IMG/VR virus record: IMGVR_UViG_3300032164_003159
Coordinates: 1-61,265 of that record
DNA: 61,265 bases
Strand: one strand, 5' to 3'
DNA from: a virus
Taxonomy: Duplodnaviria; Caudoviricetes
The first letter of the stretch is position 1; each line of letters starts with the position of its first letter. Of the stretch, positions 58,990 through 61,265 are shown piece by piece. Below the pieces are notes generated by a model. It saw only the letters and a list, made by a program, of their open reading frames with translations, was not told the origin of the DNA and ran no database searches. The position numbers and the translations under genes are program-made.

Positions 58990-60896
58990 TAGTTCAGCGC
59001 CTTTAGCCGCTTGAGTGAAAATTCCACCAGATCGAAGAATTCCTTTTCACCAAGTACCTGCGTTCCATAAGTTCTAGCCTTCTGTGCTTTGCCTGATGCC
59101 GAATTCTTGTTAGCCTGGACCAAATAGGTTAGTCCACGGCTCACACTGGACTTTACTTCACCACCAAGCGATTCCACGAGTTTGAATGCATCTCCGCGCT
59201 TGATCGAAATCTCACCGGTAAAGCAGAAGCTTTTTCCAGTAAGCTTGCCAATGATCTTTCTCTTAATGTTTACGCCGTTGGCAAGCAGTCTCTGAATCAA
59301 ATCCCTTTTCTTCTGCAGTCCAGTGGCAGCCGCTTTAGCCGTAATCTCACCGATTCCACTGATTACTGCAAACTCGTGCCAATCCGCTGCTTGCATCTTC
59401 TGCAATGTATCAAACCCGGCCTTGTCAAAAGCCTCAAACGTGGAGTTTCCGGCGTTAGGAATGTTCAACGCGGCCAGGAATTTGGGAAGCGGAAGCTCCC
59501 TTGACTTGTTAATGTTTTTGACCAGCGTCTTAGCACTGCTAGATCCATAGCCTGGAAGTGTGCTAATCGTGGTTTCCGAAAGAATATAAAGATCTGCCGG
59601 ATCCTTAATGAATCCCGCCTTGATAGCGGAAATTACAAATGCTTCTCCGGCCTGATCGATGTCCAGAACATTTATCCACTTGAGAATGTCACCCTTGGTC
59701 TTTGCGGGGCATACCGGATTTTTACAAACCAGATACTCTCCGTCGAATCCTACCTTATCAGAGCAAACGGGGCATGTCATTGGGTGTGCCGCAAGCGCGC
59801 CCACGTGCGGATTCAAAACCTGTTCCACATATGGGATTACATCGTTTCTTCTGCTAACCAAAACTTCTGCGTTCATCCAAATTCCAAGTTTCTTCATATT
59901 ACTGAAATTGTGCAAGCTGGCCCGCGAAACAGTTACTCCACCAATCTGAACCGGCTTCAGAATAGCTACCGGTGTGATCCTTCCAGTAAGACCAACGTCC
60001 CATTCGATTGCTAGAAGCTTGGTCTTCCGCATTTCAGCAGAGAATTTCCAAGCGATCTGTCCCTTGGGCCTTCCATCTGTTTCGCCCAACGCGTCTTGCG
60101 CTGCGAGATCATTAACCTTTATTACAAGACCGTCGATCTCGTAATCCAATTCGGCGCGATGTTTACTCTGATAATGATCAAACCACTTGATCGCATTGTC
60201 CAGTCCCGCTACCCTGGTTGGGACGCACTGCAACTTTAGCTGGTTTTCCATGAATCTAATCTTGTGGTGCTCCCTCTCAAATGAAAGTGCGTCGGTGATA
60301 CAGTCATAGTGAATTACCTGCATGGTAGGAACGGCTTTATGCACATCTTTCCTACGCATAATACCGGCAGCAGCGTTCCGGGGATTTTTGTATTCACCTT
60401 TGTCCAATTTATCAAATGCACTCTTACTGAAAAGGATCTCCCCACGAAGTGATCCGGTAAAGTCACCAAGCCTGGCTGGAACATTTTGCATTTTAGAAAC
60501 GGTGTGGGTAACATCCTCCCCCTCATCTCCGTCCCCACGTGTAATGGCTTTGTCCAACTTGCCTTTCTTATACAGAATCTCGACGGACGCGCCATCAAGC
60601 TTTTCTTGAACTACAAACTTATCTGATTTTGTCTTCTTGACCCAGGCCTCGAATTCGTCCTGGGAATTTACCTTATCCTGCGAGCCCATTGGTATGTCAT
60701 GTTTGACCTTTTGAAGTTGATTGTCCTTCGGGGCAGCCCCAACCTTAGTTAGCACGGGATTCTTGGGGTCCAGATCGCGCAGTTCATCAGCCTGGGCGTC
60801 GTACTCAGCATCCGACATGATCGGACTGCCATCGTAGTAAGCATCCTGGGCTTCCGTCAGGGTTTTCTCTAGTTCCACGATTCTTGCTTTGTCCAT
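58989..60896 (-). CDS. ligA: NAD-dependent DNA ligase
   Basis: AYY...P.MSDAEYD, EKLDG, TRGDG..GED, RGE, NPRNAAAG, DGLVIK, zinc finger, HhH, BRCT (FCFTG). Confidence 0.97.
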   Translation of the reverse strand: MDKARIVELEKTLTEAQDAYYDGSPIMSDAEYDAQADELRDLDPKNPVLTKVGAAPKDNQLQKVKHDIPMGSQDKVNSQDEFEAWVKKTKSDKFVVQEKLDGASVEILYKKGKLDKAITRGDGDEGEDVTHTVSKMQNVPARLGDFTGSLRGEILFSKSAFDKLDKGEYKNPRNAAAGIMRRKDVHKAVPTMQVIHYDCITDALSFEREHHKIRFMENQLKLQCVPTRVAGLDNAIKWFDHYQSKHRAELDYEIDGLVIKVNDLAAQDALGETDGRPKGQIAWKFSAEMRKTKLLAIEWDVGLTGRITPVAILKPVQIGGVTVSRASLHNFSNMKKLGIWMNAEVLVSRRNDVIPYVEQVLNPHVGALAAHPMTCPVCSDKVGFDGEYLVCKNPVCPAKTKGDILKWINVLDIDQAGEAFVISAIKAGFIKDPADLYILSETTISTLPGYGSSSAKTLVKNINKSRELPLPKFLAALNIPNAGNSTFEAFDKAGFDTLQKMQAADWHEFAVISGIGEITAKAAATGLQKKRDLIQRLLANGVNIKRKIIGKLTGKSFCFTGEISIKRGDAFKLVESLGGEVKSSVSRGLTYLVQANKNSASGKAQKARTYGTQVLGEKEFFDLVEFSLKRLKALN

Positions 60897-61001
60897 GGAC
60901 GCCTCCTGTCACAATCATTATACTCACGAAAACGCCGATGTCTAGTATAATTTGAGAAAGAATGTGCTTGACAAAGTAAAAATAACATTTAGGATACGAA
61001 C

Positions 61002-61265
61002 ATGGACATCCATTCAATATTGGCAATTCTGCCGCCTGACCTTCCGTTGCCCGCCGGGATCAACGAGCGGGACCTAATCCATATGTACGATTTGATCCTC
61101 AAGAACATGGTAGACCGAGTAAGTGCCGAAGAATTGAAAGAAATGGAAGAATTCCTCGACAAGTATCGCACAATCTACCTTTTACTAGACAAGAAGGCAA
61201 CAGTGGAAGGTGGCCAAATCCTTTATAATAGATCTTCGGATTACTGGAACATGCAGAATGACTAG
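61002..61265 (+). CDS. Hypothetical protein divergent from ligA
   Basis: TTGACA upstream, AGGA RBS, stop at the window end. Confidence 0.5.
   Translation: MDIHSILAILPPDLPLPAGINERDLIHMYDLILKNMVDRVSAEELKEMEEFLDKYRTIYLLLDKKATVEGGQILYNRSSDYWNMQND

Noticed and set aside
52-60609. Most plus-strand ORFs in the track (e.g. 6520-7140, 10246-11070, 13131-14294, 44751-45413)
   Set aside because: They are antisense shadows of well-supported minus-strand genes or low-complexity DNA, without RBS or recognisable motifs.
1-61265. Stop-codon reassignment as seen in some jumbo phages
   Set aside because: Long conserved genes (ligA, SNF2, gmd, fcl) are intact in the standard code, and TAA, TAG and TGA all end genes.

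Overview
This window looks like a segment of a large (jumbo-type) bacteriophage genome, with nearly all real genes on the minus strand. The RpoH-box sigma factor suggests a deltaproteobacterial or myxobacterial host (inference). 1-12.9 kb is an early/host-takeover-like region. It holds about 20 one-gene cassettes with their own TTGACA/TTTACA-N16-17-TATAAT promoter and a shared AACCGGGAGG leader (ArdC-like, sigma32-like, DUF2958, L7/L12-like, SNF2 helicase, methyltransferase). It also holds a tRNA(CAT), several RBS-less structured RNAs and 3' hairpins complementary to the shared leader. 13-13.7 kb is an AT-rich junction. 13.7-61 kb has dense small hypotheticals, a TnpB element with a degenerate RuvC site, RNA ligase, AAA+ ATPase, phosphoesterases, RmlC/RmlD, three paralogous beta-helix fibre proteins, a gmd-fcl-fucosyltransferase-methyltransferase block, an amidase and NAD-dependent DNA ligase. 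The standout is a solo Cas7/RAMP-like gene (25802-26410) followed directly by five non-coding units of 11-16 (GGC-NN) pentamers separated by AT-rich linkers, a candidate non-CRISPR RNA-guided system. All protein calls come from motif recognition by eye; no searches were run.
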